A stretch of DNA of 64,000 bases from an uncultured Actinomycetes bacterium (GCA_964631685.1 CAZVZU010000002.1:160001-224000); one strand, 5' to 3'; shown: positions 1 through 11,461, counted from the first letter of the stretch. Notes: a model not told the origin generated them from the sequence alone. A program made the numbers and translations.

Positions 1-879
1 GACGTTGAAATGAAAAATTTCATCACTTATATGCACGGGCTCTTTCCAGAACACATCAAGTCCCGCCCCCTTAATCTTTCCGCTTTTCAAACCCCTTATT
101 AATGAATCTTTATCAATCAAGCCTGCTCTTCCAACATTTATTACGGACAAGCCATTTTTCGCTAAACTAACCGCTTCATCATTGAATAAATTTTTGGTAT
201 TCTTATCTAGAGGAACTGCAAGAATAAGGTAATCGATCAACGGCAAAATATATTTGAAATCGTCATCTACCGTTCCTACAAATTTGATATTTAAATCTTT
301 AGTATAGTCACCCTCAGGCTTTGTGCGTTTTAAACCGTAAATTTCCGTATTAAATATTTTTAACATCCTTATAATTTCCAGCCCGACTCCGCCGAGCCCT
401 ACAACTCCGAATTTTTTACTGGAGATACTATATCCCATCGGTTCGTTCGCTACGCCGTGATTAATAGAGTTTACGCAACCATTATAATCTCTCGCAAGCG
501 CAAGAACAAAGAAAATAGATAGCTCCGCAACTGATACAGCATTATATGTACCCACCGTAGGAACATTAAAAACAGGCACTCCTGCCTGCGAAGCATAACC
601 CATATCAACATTCTCATACCCTATACCAAACTGCTGAATTAATTTAACATTACGGAGGGATAAAACGTCACTGTCTATCTCGATACCGGCATTGACAATT
701 AAGATTAAATCCTCGGTTAAATCCACCGAAGAAAACAATTCGTCAGAAGATGTACCCGCCCTTTTAACATCCCTTAAAAAGTCATCCTTGCTGGTATAAT
801 GAGCAAGATTGTAACCGCTCAAAAACGGCTTTAGAATATCAAGCATATCCCTCGATCTTAGTATTGTGACTATATTCAT
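1..879 (-). CDS. D-isomer-specific 2-hydroxyacid dehydrogenase (3' end runs off the window; not in the ORF track)
   Basis: My translation from ATG 879 gives MNIVTILRS...IQQFGIGYENVD...SVAE...FGVVGLGGVG (Rossmann GxGxxG)...VINVGRAG...GAGLDVFWKEP. The frame is open to base 1. Confidence 0.85.
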   Translation of the reverse strand, partial: MNIVTILRSRDMLDILKPFLSGYNLAHYTSKDDFLRDVKRAGTSSDELFSSVDLTEDLILIVNAGIEIDSDVLSLRNVKLIQQFGIGYENVDMGYASQAGVPVFNVPTVGTYNAVSVAELSIFFVLALARDYNGCVNSINHGVANEPMGYSISSKKFGVVGLGGVGLEIIRMLKIFNTEIYGLKRTKPEGDYTKDLNIKFVGTVDDDFKYILPLIDYLILAVPLDKNTKNLFNDEAVSLAKNGLSVINVGRAGLIDKDSLIRGLKSGKIKGAGLDVFWKEPVHISDEIFHFNV

Positions 880-1061
880 TATGCCCCATCTTGTTTGTAA
901 GGAATTTATAATTATATCAACCTACCAGGCTATTGTTTAAACGGATACAAAACTCTTAACCACCGCCTAATTAAATCCAGCTTGCTTTCTGTAAAACAGA
1001 CTAGCACATTATAACATTTGAAGCTTGATTTGTGAACCGTCAAAAAAGTTCTTACTGTTTT

Positions 1062-1646
1062 TCAAAGTGTACCGTTAGAACTTACAATGCCCGTATTTGG
1101 ATAAATATAAAAGGATAAATGCAGCGATGAAGAACCAAAAGATAAACGAATTACAGAGGCGTTGTACAGAGAAAAATTATTGGATGAACAGGCACTGTTG
1201 CTAAATATTCCCGGCTCCCCCGCAGAATTAAAAACAATATAGTTCGTGGGTATTCCAAACACATCATAACTTATGCCATGATTCAAAGATACATAAAAAT
1301 TATTGGCAACTTGCGCAAGTGGATTAACTATCGGCTCTAAAACCGATGGCGTTGCGCCATTACAAGCACATACTGCATAGCCCGAATAAGGGGGGCCTTG
1401 GTTTTGATTCAATGAACATGACGGCTTTGAACCGGTACTTGAAAAAACTACAGCGACATAAGTAAAATGATTCATCGCATAATTTTGGGCATATCTTATA
1501 GCAGACTCAAACTGCCTTTCATACATCCCCCTATCACTTGAAATAGCAGAATTTAACCCGGAGGTTCCGATAATTCCAAGAACCCCTATAAGGATTATGA
1601 CCATTACTAATTCGACAAGAGTAAATCCCTTTTTATTTTTACGCAT
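1062..1646 (-). CDS. Prepilin-type N-terminal cleavage/methylation protein (pilin or pseudopilin)
   Basis: Class III signal KKG/FTLVELVMVIILIG. Confidence 0.85.
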   Translation of the reverse strand: MRKNKKGFTLVELVMVIILIGVLGIIGTSGLNSAISSDRGMYERQFESAIRYAQNYAMNHFTYVAVVFSSTGSKPSCSLNQNQGPPYSGYAVCACNGATPSVLEPIVNPLAQVANNFYVSLNHGISYDVFGIPTNYIVFNSAGEPGIFSNSACSSNNFSLYNASVIRLSFGSSSLHLSFYIYPNTGIVSSNGTL

Positions 1647-1666
1647 GGCATATATTGTAATCAGGA

Positions 1667-2845
1667 TTATGTTAATTCATTGAGAATTTTTTCTGCGAGA
1701 TCTATTTTTAGTTGCCTTTCAAATCTTTTAATCTCCCCATCCTTTTTTATCAAAAAACCCTCATTTTCATCCTCGCCTATGATGTCTCTTGATATATCGT
1801 TTACAAAAATATAGTCCAATGATTTTTCTATCAGTTTTTTTCTTGCATTTTCAATTATTGAGTCCGTCTCCGCCGCAAATCCTAACACCGTCTGCCCCTC
1901 TTTTTTGAGTTTAGAGATAAGCACCAGTAAATCTTCATTCTGGACAAGCTCTATATTAATATTCATGTCCTTTTTTTTTATCTTATTTGGGCTTTTTTCT
2001 TTAAAACTATAGTCCGATACGGCTGCGGCCATCAAAAGAATGTCGCATTGTTTAAATTCACGCATCAATGCATCCCTTAAACCGCTAAAACTTCCGCGAT
2101 TTATAATCCTCACAGCCCTGTTGATATATTGAGAAGATGCCTCTGTATTTAAAGCAATTAATGTGACTTCCGCGCCTAACTCAACCGCCTCGTTGGCAAG
2201 GCTCACACCCATTTTACCACTTGAAGCATTTGAAATAAATCTGACAGGATCAAGGTATTCCCTTGTCGCACCTGCCGTTATCAAAACCCTCCTGCCATTA
2301 AGTGTCTTTTTATTAAAAACCGACTTCAGCTTAAAAACAATATCGTTAATCTCCGGAAATTTTCCTTCTCCGACATCGCCACAGGCAAGCTCCCCCGTCC
2401 CGGGTAAAACTAAATGAAAACCTTGCTCGATCAAACTTTGCAAATTATTCTTAAAAATATTATTAGAAAACATATTTGGATTCATCGCTGGAACCAAAAC
2501 CTTTGGCTTATCTTGTGAAGCCGAAACAGCCAAGCCTATTAATGTATCCGCAATACCGCAGGCAAGTTTATTTATTGTGTTGAATGTGGCGGGGGCTATT
2601 AATATTAAATCTGCATATTTTGAGAGTGAAATATGAGCAAGCGGATTTTTAAAGGCATCGTCTTCAAAAACCTCCTCTCCGAAAGCTTTAAAAATGTAGG
2701 GCGAGATAAAATTGCTAGCAGATGAACTGACTATTACCCTAACATTAGCGCCCTCTTTTTTTAATCTTCTGTATAAATCTACGCTTTTATAACACGCAAT
2801 TGAACCGGTTATGCATAAAAGAATATTTTTGCCTTTTAATGTCAT
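1667..2845 (-). CDS. coaBC: Bifunctional phosphopantothenoylcysteine decarboxylase/synthase
   Basis: ITGSIACYK, PAMN, LACGDVGEGK, TAGATREYLDPVRFISNASSGKMG, GFAAET. Confidence 0.95.
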   Translation of the reverse strand: MTLKGKNILLCITGSIACYKSVDLYRRLKKEGANVRVIVSSSASNFISPYIFKAFGEEVFEDDAFKNPLAHISLSKYADLILIAPATFNTINKLACGIADTLIGLAVSASQDKPKVLVPAMNPNMFSNNIFKNNLQSLIEQGFHLVLPGTGELACGDVGEGKFPEINDIVFKLKSVFNKKTLNGRRVLITAGATREYLDPVRFISNASSGKMGVSLANEAVELGAEVTLIALNTEASSQYINRAVRIINRGSFSGLRDALMREFKQCDILLMAAAVSDYSFKEKSPNKIKKKDMNINIELVQNEDLLVLISKLKKEGQTVLGFAAETDSIIENARKKLIEKSLDYIFVNDISRDIIGEDENEGFLIKKDGEIKRFERQLKIDLAEKILNELT

Positions 2846-2864
2846 AGTTTTAAAACTGCAGAGA

Positions 2865-3494
2865 TTAGATTAAATATGCATTGTATTTTTTTTCCTGCCC
2901 TATAACCGTAGTATCGCCATGTCCCGGTAAGACAAGGATATCATCGCCAAGTATAAGCAGCTTGTTCTTAATAGAGCTTATAATTTCATCAGGAGAGCCA
3001 CCGGGAAGATCGGTTCTTCCTACAGTATTCTTAAAAAGCGTATCCCCACTGAAAAGATATTCGTCATTAATAAGAAAAGATGTGCTCCCCGGCGAATGCC
3101 CGGGCGTGAAAATAGGCATAATATTAATTTTTCCTATTTTAATAACAACACCCTCCGTTAAGTATTCATCTATTACCACCTCTCCGTTAAAATCAAAACC
3201 CAAATACTCTGCCTGCTCTTTAAGATTTTTTAAGATTAACTCATCTTTTTTATTCGCAATAATTTTAACATCATATTTTTTTTTAAAATAATTATCCATC
3301 GCCACATGATCTATATGGCAATGAGTGTTAAGGATAAACCTAATGTTAATGTTTTCGTCTCTTATTGTTTTTTCGATCCTTTTTTCCTGACCCCCGGGGT
3401 CAATTAAAAAACCATCTCTATTACCGTTGTCATCATTAAACACTAGGTATGTGTTTACCTCAAAGGGCCCTACAGGAAAAGTATAAAACTTCAT
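2865..3494 (-). CDS. MBL-fold metallo-hydrolase (YcbL/glyoxalase II-like)
   Basis: THCHIDH, TPGHSPG, SGDTLF, PGHG. Confidence 0.9.
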   Translation of the reverse strand: MKFYTFPVGPFEVNTYLVFNDDNGNRDGFLIDPGGQEKRIEKTIRDENINIRFILNTHCHIDHVAMDNYFKKKYDVKIIANKKDELILKNLKEQAEYLGFDFNGEVVIDEYLTEGVVIKIGKINIMPIFTPGHSPGSTSFLINDEYLFSGDTLFKNTVGRTDLPGGSPDEIISSIKNKLLILGDDILVLPGHGDTTVIGQEKKYNAYLI

Positions 3495-3534
3495 AAGTTA
3501 TCGCAAATAAACCTTTTAATATTATTTTATTTAG

Positions 3535-5037
3535 TTATATTAAATATTCTTGAAATGAATACATTAAGTCGTCAAGATTATTCACTGTATCAGATTCGCC
3601 GTATATCCTAATTAAATCTTCTGTACCCGAAAGCCTGCACAAAAGCCATGAATCATCATCAAAGAAAATCTTGTATCCATCAGTCGTATTCTTGCCCATA
3701 ACCTTTTTTCCCCTAAAAGTAGCTGGAAATTTATTCATCTTATCATTAATTTCTGTCTTAAACTTTTCTTTGTTCACGGGCACATTTATCCTTTTAGTGT
3801 AAATGGGTCCAAACTTTTCAAGAAGGTCTTTGACGAGCAACTTTAGCGGCCTCTTGTAATATGACATCATCTCTAAAACCAAAAGACAAGCATATATCCC
3901 ATCCTTATCCGGAGTATGTCCCGATACTGTCAACCCTGAAGATTCCTCACCTGCCATGACAACCTTGCGTTCAGATATAAGTTTGCCCAGATACTTAAAT
4001 CCAACGGGAGTTTCTATAACCTTGAAGCCGTGATACTTTGCAATCCTATCAATTAAGGCCGTAGTGGCCACGCTTCTTGCGACATTACCCTTAATACCCT
4101 TGCCGTCTATATAATAATTATAAAGAAGTGGGAAAATTATATTAGGTTCCACAAATTTACCATCTTCATCTAATATTCCGTACCTATCGGCGTCACCGTC
4201 CGTTGCCAATCCCATTGCTAATTTTTTGGATCCATTTTTTTCATTAGCACCATTATAATCCCTGATTAATATGCTCATTTCATTTAAATTTTTAGCCGAG
4301 GGATCTGGCGCCATGCCTGGCGCAAAGAAAGCATCCCTATCTTTGTATATCTCTTTAAAATCGATACCTATGCCAGATAATATATCTCCTATAATATCCT
4401 TCGATGTCCCATGTAAAGAGGTTATAAAAGCAAATATATTTTTATTATTCTCCGATATAAGTCCTAAATTAATCTTGGTTTTAATTAGGGTCGCATAGCT
4501 ATTTATAAAATTTTCTTCCTTCAACAGACCCTGATTCTTGGCACTATCAAAACCTATGAATTTATATTCCGGACATTTTAAAAGTTCGTTTGATCTTCTT
4601 GTTATAATTTCGGTATCTTCTGGCAATGCCGGACCGCCCCATGCAGGAGAAAATTTAATTCCGTTATAATTATAGGGGTTATGGCTTGCCGTTATGTTTA
4701 TCGCGCCCAACGCCTTTTCTTCTGCTATTTTTATGGATAAAACAGGCGTTGGAGTGCAGAAACTCGCAAAAATAACGAAAAATCCGTTGGCACAAAAAAC
4801 CCCGGCACTTAATTTGGCAAATTCCTCCGATAAAAACCTAGTGTCATAACCGATAATTATTTTTTCAGATGCAAAAATACCATTATACTTATCCCTCAGA
4901 AAATCACATATAGCTTGGGAGACTAATTTTACGACATCAAAGGTAAAATCTCCCGCGATCTTGCCTCTATAGCCGGATGTTCCAAATTCAATCTCGAAAC
5001 TTTCTTTGTCATGATACGACACTGAAATTTCTTTCAC
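3535..5037 (-). CDS. Phosphoglucomutase/phosphomannomutase family protein
   Basis: FGTSGYRG, ITASHNP (phosphoserine), DGDADR, GEESSG, RLSGTE. Confidence 0.92.
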   Translation of the reverse strand: MKEISVSYHDKESFEIEFGTSGYRGKIAGDFTFDVVKLVSQAICDFLRDKYNGIFASEKIIIGYDTRFLSEEFAKLSAGVFCANGFFVIFASFCTPTPVLSIKIAEEKALGAINITASHNPYNYNGIKFSPAWGGPALPEDTEIITRRSNELLKCPEYKFIGFDSAKNQGLLKEENFINSYATLIKTKINLGLISENNKNIFAFITSLHGTSKDIIGDILSGIGIDFKEIYKDRDAFFAPGMAPDPSAKNLNEMSILIRDYNGANEKNGSKKLAMGLATDGDADRYGILDEDGKFVEPNIIFPLLYNYYIDGKGIKGNVARSVATTALIDRIAKYHGFKVIETPVGFKYLGKLISERKVVMAGEESSGLTVSGHTPDKDGIYACLLVLEMMSYYKRPLKLLVKDLLEKFGPIYTKRINVPVNKEKFKTEINDKMNKFPATFRGKKVMGKNTTDGYKIFFDDDSWLLCRLSGTEDLIRIYGESDTVNNLDDLMYSFQEYLI

Positions 5038-7528
5038 TCTTCCACCCCTCTATATCGCTACTAAATTGATTTATCAATGCCAAAGCATCATCCTTTTCCC
5101 TGCTTTCGGAAAATATCTCAAAATGAGCGCCCTCCGATGCCGGATAAGCCAGTACCCATCCATTTGGCTTTATCAGTTTTATGCCATAAACAAAAAACGC
5201 ATTATCATCCCTATATTTTTCCATAAACTTTCTCATTATAAACCCCTTTGCTTCAGTTGGGCAAGGAATTATTTTATAGTCAAAGTATGTAGGCTTAATA
5301 TAACGCAACTCGTTTTTAATAGTAGTATCAAGTTTAGCAAGCATCTCAAGAAGTTTTATTAAAGAATACATCCCATCAAAAGCAGGCATAAACCTAGAAT
5401 AAATATAACCGCCCACATTGTCACCCGCAAAACAGACATTGGGATTGACAAAACTTTCCATAAGGGCATTAGAGGAGTTTTTAGATAAACTTACCTTAAA
5501 GTTGTAATCCTTGGCCATCTTTACTAAATTAAGCGACGAATTAATTGGCACAGTGATAACTCTATTCGTTTTTTCCGTCTTCATAACAAGAAGAGACATT
5601 AACGATAATGCCGTATTTCCGTCTATATTATCCCCGCTACTATCGCAGATATATATCTTTTCTCCACCATTATCGATAAGAATACCTAAATCTGCATTAA
5701 CAGACCTTACGATACCGGATAGATCTTTAAGCGATTTTTTAAATTCCCGTTCCGTTTTTGTAATCTTAGTCTGATCTAAATTTGCGCTTAAATGGACAGA
5801 ATCTATTCCGAGCCTTCCAATTATTGCAGGAAAAATTCTACTGGAACTTCCGTAAGAATAGTCTATTACAATTTTAAATTTTCTCTTTATGATTCTATCG
5901 GCATCAATAGTATTCAAAAATCCGTCAGTATAATATTCCGTCCCATGCGTCGGATAAAATATCTCACCGGTCTCTTCGGAACCGACCCTCATATAATCTT
6001 CTCTAAAAAATAATCTTTCTATTTTTTGCTCACTTAATGGGGATAAGTCGAGACCATTGGAATCAAAAAACTTTATATTCAAAAGTTTCTTGTCAAATGG
6101 ATGTTTTCTAATATGAATACCGCCATAACTTTTGAATTGCCTCGCCTGATACCGAACAATAGATATTGGGGTATCACTGAAATCATTTACATTGACCCCA
6201 ACAGAAAGGGCTCCCGACATCATAGCCCTTGAAAACAGCCTAGATGTCTTATGGCTGTCCCTTGAGACGGAAACGATTTTGTTTTTACCAATGGTCGCGC
6301 CAAATGCAGCCCCTAGTTTGGAAGCAAATTCAGGGGTTATCTCCAAGTTCGCAAGGCCTGTTATGCCATATTGACCAAATATCGTAGCACTCCATTTATC
6401 CGACCAGACGAGACTCTCTGATAATATTGCACCACCTTCCACATTTTTAAATGGCCAAATCTTCACATTGGGATTTATCACTGCCTCGTTACCGATATTG
6501 CAAACATCAGCTATCACTGCACCGGAACCGATAAATACATTTTTGCCAACATTTGATTTATAACCCAGTATAGCCTCTTGAATCTCACAATTTGCACCAA
6601 TTTTTGAATCCTTTCCAACAACAGAACCGCTCAAAACAGTGCCTTCTCCTATAGAGCAGTTATCACCCACAACACAATTTCTAATCTTGCAATTTTGAAG
6701 TACACGGACATTTTTACCAAATATAGAATTTTCAATATCGCAACTTATATCTACAACGCTCTTTTCGCCTAGTTTTATATTATTTTTGGAAAGCATTATT
6801 CCCACTGTATCTAAATCTATTTTACCCGATATAATATCCAAATGACTTTGCCTATACTCCGAAAGCGTGCCAACATCCTTCCAGTAACCTGAAGATATGT
6901 GTCCAAAAATATTTTTGTTCTCCCTTAGAAGTGCGGGAAAAAGGTCTTTTGAAAAATCAAATTCACTTTTTTCAGAGATCATGCCTAATACATTCTTGTT
7001 TAATATATAAATCCCGGTATTAATGGTATCGCTAAAAACCTCTGACCATGTCGGTTTCTCAAGGAATTTTGTAATCCTATGATCGCTATCCATAACAACT
7101 ATTCCATACGGTAAGGGATTTTCGACCCTTGCGATGACGATTGTAGCATCGCTATTCTTAGCAATATGAAAATCTATCGGCTTCTTGAGATTAATATCAG
7201 TAATTATATCAGCACTAATGACAAGGAAATTGTCACCTTTAATTATTTTCTCAACATTTTTGACCGCCCCCGCGGTACCGTAATCTTCTTCGGCAAGTAC
7301 ATATTCTATATTTACCCCAAAATTTGCCCCATCTTTAAAATAGTTCTTTATTGCTTCCGGCTGGACATATAGCAAAATAATTAAGTCAACTATTCCATAC
7401 ATTTTTAGTAAATTGACAACGTGCTCCATCATAGGCTTATTAGCCACATGTATCATAGGCTTAGGGGTGTTATTCGTTAAAGGCTTAAGCCTTGTCCCAA
7501 AGCCCCCTGCCATTATAACCGCTTGCAT
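5009..7528 (-). CDS. Mannose-1-phosphate guanylyltransferase-like nucleotidyltransferase with hexapeptide repeats and a degenerate PGM/PMM C-terminal domain
   Basis: MQAVIMAGGFGTRLKPLT..PKP; start moved to ATG 7528, which follows AGGAG. LbH repeats are present and the PMM-like half lacks the SHNP serine motif. Confidence 0.85.
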   Translation of the reverse strand: MQAVIMAGGFGTRLKPLTNNTPKPMIHVANKPMMEHVVNLLKMYGIVDLIILLYVQPEAIKNYFKDGANFGVNIEYVLAEEDYGTAGAVKNVEKIIKGDNFLVISADIITDINLKKPIDFHIAKNSDATIVIARVENPLPYGIVVMDSDHRITKFLEKPTWSEVFSDTINTGIYILNKNVLGMISEKSEFDFSKDLFPALLRENKNIFGHISSGYWKDVGTLSEYRQSHLDIISGKIDLDTVGIMLSKNNIKLGEKSVVDISCDIENSIFGKNVRVLQNCKIRNCVVGDNCSIGEGTVLSGSVVGKDSKIGANCEIQEAILGYKSNVGKNVFIGSGAVIADVCNIGNEAVINPNVKIWPFKNVEGGAILSESLVWSDKWSATIFGQYGITGLANLEITPEFASKLGAAFGATIGKNKIVSVSRDSHKTSRLFSRAMMSGALSVGVNVNDFSDTPISIVRYQARQFKSYGGIHIRKHPFDKKLLNIKFFDSNGLDLSPLSEQKIERLFFREDYMRVGSEETGEIFYPTHGTEYYTDGFLNTIDADRIIKRKFKIVIDYSYGSSSRIFPAIIGRLGIDSVHLSANLDQTKITKTEREFKKSLKDLSGIVRSVNADLGILIDNGGEKIYICDSSGDNIDGNTALSLMSLLVMKTEKTNRVITVPINSSLNLVKMAKDYNFKVSLSKNSSNALMESFVNPNVCFAGDNVGGYIYSRFMPAFDGMYSLIKLLEMLAKLDTTIKNELRYIKPTYFDYKIIPCPTEAKGFIMRKFMEKYRDDNAFFVYGIKLIKPNGWVLAYPASEGAHFEIFSESREKDDALALINQFSSDIEGWKSERNFSVVS

Positions 7529-7668
7529 ACGAGTACTCCTCATGACCATTAAAAAATGTATTCCGAATAACGCTGTATAACAAATGGATTGCATTATCAG
7601 GCTAATTCTATTAAAATTATATCTTAATAATTTACTAAATCAAAAATAAATAATTATTTAAAAAATAT

Positions 7669-8253
7669 ATGTTGCTTTATATTCTTCATTTAGACACAGC
7701 GCTTTTTTTGTTTATCAACAACAACTTCCATTTTTCTTTCCTTAATGACAATATGCGAGCAATTACATTTTTAGGGAATGGATGGGTGGTGTACTGGTTA
7801 GCATTAGTTTATATCTATACATATAATCGTTCAAAATTTAAACAATCGTTTTTTCTTATTATTTTAACGCAACTTATCCCCGGCATATTTGACATAATTA
7901 TAAAACGGCTAGTGAACAGACCAAGACCAATTGTTGCGCTTCATGACCTTATAAAAAACGGTACCGTTCATATTGATTTATTCGGGAGACATCTAACCGA
8001 ACATTCGTTTCCGTCTGGACATGCAACTACAGCTTTTGCTTTGGCGGTTTCCCTTTCGTACATGTTTCCAAAACGCTACAAGTTATTCTACGTCATTGCA
8101 CTACTTGTCGCTTTCTCGCGTGTTTATAACGGAGAACATTATCCGTTAGATGTTATATCGGGAGGGGTATTGGGCTACGTATTCGCAAAACTAAGCCTTG
8201 TACTGTATAAAAAAATCAAAAAGATAAAAGGGTACAACTTTGAAAAACATTAG
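7669..8253 (+). CDS. PAP2-family membrane phosphatase
   Basis: KxxxxRPRP, SFPSGH, SRVYNGEHYPLDV. Confidence 0.9.
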   Translation: MLLYILHLDTALFLFINNNFHFSFLNDNMRAITFLGNGWVVYWLALVYIYTYNRSKFKQSFFLIILTQLIPGIFDIIIKRLVNRPRPIVALHDLIKNGTVHIDLFGRHLTEHSFPSGHATTAFALAVSLSYMFPKRYKLFYVIALLVAFSRVYNGEHYPLDVISGGVLGYVFAKLSLVLYKKIKKIKGYNFEKH

Positions 8254-8282
8254 ATAGCCGCGCAATGGGACTACATATTGCG

Positions 8283-8840
8283 TTATCTTTCTATCAACCT
8301 TTTAGATTCAATAAAAATAGCAATCTTCTCGGCAATTCTTTTCGATACCGTTTCTAATGCTGTCTTTTCTTGTTTATGCGCAATAAGGGGATTAATATGG
8401 TTATAATAAAAGGCGCTAGCTGCAATGTTGACGTTACGAAAAATTATTTTTCCGGTAGTTTTGTATAAACTTATTTGTACGGTTGCGGTTATCATATAAT
8501 CAACCGCGGCGGCAACCCCGGTGTATGCTATAACATTATTTCGTACCTGCGTAATTTTACCTGTTAAATAATATCTCGCATCTCCTCTATTTGCGGTAAA
8601 CATGTCCGTCGAAGTGTTTAAATAGTATGCAAGATTATTTGAAAAATAAGCTCCCAAGCCAGATTTATAGGTCAAATTTCTGAAAGGTTTTATGAATATT
8701 TGAGAAATACTGTTGTATTTTTTATGTTTACCATGAATATTAACAACCGTCTTGTCCTGATTTAGTATCCTAAAACCACAAGCGGACATAAAACCGGAGG
8801 CAATAACAATAGCGATAATCAATGTAATTTTATTTTTCAT
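8283..8840 (-). CDS. lptE: LPS assembly lipoprotein LptE family
   Basis: Lipobox MSAC-GF, IFIKPFRNLT; directly downstream of leuS. Confidence 0.75.
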   Translation of the reverse strand: MKNKITLIIAIVIASGFMSACGFRILNQDKTVVNIHGKHKKYNSISQIFIKPFRNLTYKSGLGAYFSNNLAYYLNTSTDMFTANRGDARYYLTGKITQVRNNVIAYTGVAAAVDYMITATVQISLYKTTGKIIFRNVNIAASAFYYNHINPLIAHKQEKTALETVSKRIAEKIAIFIESKRLIER

Positions 8841-11403
8841 TTCTTATTATTATACTTAATAGCTTATTTTTAATATATATGACTTTTTTGATACTGCTTT
8901 TATTCGCAACGTATTTCCTTATTTTATCACTCTGCAATGCGACATCAAGCACGGCATCCTTACTAACATTTAAATCTATAGTAATAAGATCTCTCATCTT
9001 ACCATTTACCTGCACTGCTATATTACAGTTTTCCTGAACATAACCTGCAGATATAACTCTTGGCCAAGATGTTTTTTCTATACGAGTATCATTCAAAATT
9101 TCAAATGTTTCGGAGCATACATGGGGGATGAACGGATATAATATCATAATCACAGAGTTTAAAAAATATTTAAGCAGATATTTGTCGGCATAGCTCAAAA
9201 CCCTTCCTTTCTTAAAATCGTCCGCCGCATAATCATTAAAATTATTGAGCAACTCCATTACAGAGCTTATTATTGTATTGAAATGATAGCGTCCGTTCAT
9301 TTCCATTTCGGCTTTATCTATTACCCTACCTAATTGATAGACAATTTTTTTAACGTTCTTACTTATGTCGCTTTTTTTAATTGCATAGGGCGACTTATCG
9401 CTCCCCTTCTGAGATAGATTTTCATCCTCTATCTTAAAATCACTACTGATATTTTTCAAAATATCAGTATAAGCCACAATGGTTCTGTAAAACTTATTGA
9501 TAAATCTGAATGCCCCCTCAACACCTGAATCGTTCCACTCCAAATTTTTCTCGGGAGGTGCGGCAAAAAGTATAAAAAGCCTAACCGTATCGGCTCCGAA
9601 TTTCTTAATAAGTTCGTCCGGATCCACAACATTACCCCTAGATTTTGACATTTTAGCGCCATCTTTTACAACCATGCCCTGAGTTAATAAATTTTCAAAT
9701 GGTTCACTTAAGTCAAAATAGTTTAAATCCCTTAAAAGCTTCACAAAAAATCTTGCATACAAAAGGTGCATAACGGCATGTTCAACCCCGCCGATATACC
9801 TATTGACCGGAAGCCAACGCGCTATATCTTCTTTTTTAAACGGTGCGGAGCCGTCTTTGTTAAGGAGGGTATACCTTAAAAAATACCATGAAGACTCAAC
9901 GAACGTATCCATCGTGTCTGTTTCTCGCTTGGCATCACCACCGCATACCGGGCATGTTGTATGCACAAAGGATGTTAATGTCTCTAACGGCGACGAGCCG
10001 CCATCAACAAAGGCTGCATTATCCGGTAAAATCAACGGCAGATCGATTTCGTTTATAGGAACCAGCCCGCATTTTTTGCAGTAAACGATAGGAATTGGAC
10101 AGCCCCAATATCTTTGCCTTGATATTCCCCAATCCTTAAGCCTGTAATTGATAACCTTTTTGCCTATGCCATGCTTTTCCGCAAAAATGGAAATCTTTTC
10201 TTTTGCCTCATCTGAGAAAAGTCCGTCAAACTCTCCTGAATTAACAAGCTTTCCCTGCGCAGTATACGGAAGATCTCGACTGTCTTCGGATTGTATCACA
10301 CGGATTATATCTATAGCATATTTTTTGGCAAACTCATAGTCTCTTTCATCATGCGCGGGAACAGACATTATTGCCCCTGTTCCATAATCCATTAAAACAA
10401 AATTTACTACATATATCGGAATCTTTCTATTCGTAAACGGATTGATAGCATAAAAATCCGTGAAAAATCCCTCCTTTTCCGCAATATCTTTAGACATCAT
10501 AGAATTATGAATAATCTTTTCTAATTCTACATGTTTTTCGGAACCCTCGGTTAATTTTTCGGCAAGCGGATGAAACGGGGAAATAGCAATAAAAGTTGCC
10601 CCGAATACAGTATCTGCCCTCGTAGTAAATATTTCTATTTTATCGTTATTTACTCCCCTGCCATCCCCCTCAAAACTGGCTATCTTAAAAAAAATACTTA
10701 AACCTGAACTTTTTCCAATCCAATTTTTCTGCATTGTCCTAACCTTGCTAGGCCAACCTTTTAAACTATCAGTATCTTTAAGCAACTCATCCGCATAAGC
10801 CGTTATCTTAAAGAACCATTGATCCATATTTTTTATCGTCACATTGTTTCCGCATCTCCAGCATTTGCCATCTTCCACTTGTTCATTGGCAAGGGTTGTA
10901 TGACACGAGTCACACCAATTGACATTTGAAATCTTTTTGTAGGCCAATCCTTTTTTAAATACCTGCAAAAAGAATAACTGTTCCCATTTATAATACGATT
11001 TATCGGATGTTATAATCATTCTATCCCAATCGTATGAAAAACCTAATCTTTTTAGTTGAACGGTCATGTAAGCTATATTGTTTTTTGTCCATATGGATGG
11101 GGTAGTCTTATTTTTTATTGCGGCATTTTCGGCAGGAAGTCCGAAACTGTCGAAACCGATAGGATGCAGAACATCAAAACCCTTCAATCTTTTAAAGCGA
11201 GCGATAACATCCCCTATCGCATAGTTTCTCACATGTCCCATGTGAATTCGGCCGGAAGGATATGGAAACATTTCTAAGCAATAGAAGGCTTTTTTATTAC
11301 TCAAAGTGTTATCTTTTACATTAAATGTACCGTCTTTTTCCCACACGCGCTGCCAACGGTTTTCAATTTTACTAAAGTCGTAATTTTTATCTATTTCAGC
11401 CAT
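8830..11403 (-). CDS. leuS: Leucine--tRNA ligase
   Basis: MFPYPSGRIHMGH (HIGH), KMSKS, SRQRYWG. Confidence 0.98.
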   Translation of the reverse strand: MAEIDKNYDFSKIENRWQRVWEKDGTFNVKDNTLSNKKAFYCLEMFPYPSGRIHMGHVRNYAIGDVIARFKRLKGFDVLHPIGFDSFGLPAENAAIKNKTTPSIWTKNNIAYMTVQLKRLGFSYDWDRMIITSDKSYYKWEQLFFLQVFKKGLAYKKISNVNWCDSCHTTLANEQVEDGKCWRCGNNVTIKNMDQWFFKITAYADELLKDTDSLKGWPSKVRTMQKNWIGKSSGLSIFFKIASFEGDGRGVNNDKIEIFTTRADTVFGATFIAISPFHPLAEKLTEGSEKHVELEKIIHNSMMSKDIAEKEGFFTDFYAINPFTNRKIPIYVVNFVLMDYGTGAIMSVPAHDERDYEFAKKYAIDIIRVIQSEDSRDLPYTAQGKLVNSGEFDGLFSDEAKEKISIFAEKHGIGKKVINYRLKDWGISRQRYWGCPIPIVYCKKCGLVPINEIDLPLILPDNAAFVDGGSSPLETLTSFVHTTCPVCGGDAKRETDTMDTFVESSWYFLRYTLLNKDGSAPFKKEDIARWLPVNRYIGGVEHAVMHLLYARFFVKLLRDLNYFDLSEPFENLLTQGMVVKDGAKMSKSRGNVVDPDELIKKFGADTVRLFILFAAPPEKNLEWNDSGVEGAFRFINKFYRTIVAYTDILKNISSDFKIEDENLSQKGSDKSPYAIKKSDISKNVKKIVYQLGRVIDKAEMEMNGRYHFNTIISSVMELLNNFNDYAADDFKKGRVLSYADKYLLKYFLNSVIMILYPFIPHVCSETFEILNDTRIEKTSWPRVISAGYVQENCNIAVQVNGKMRDLITIDLNVSKDAVLDVALQSDKIRKYVANKSSIKKVIYIKNKLLSIIIRNEK

Positions 11404-11461
11404 ATATACTTGTAAAATCTATTCATCAAAAATAAACATTAATATAATTTTATGTTATCTT

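Noticed and set aside
5009..6400. PGM-like C-terminal half without the catalytic serine as a pseudogene
   Set aside because: The ORF is intact; a degenerate PMM domain fused to the nucleotidyltransferase is a known architecture, and an intact PGM/PMM follows.
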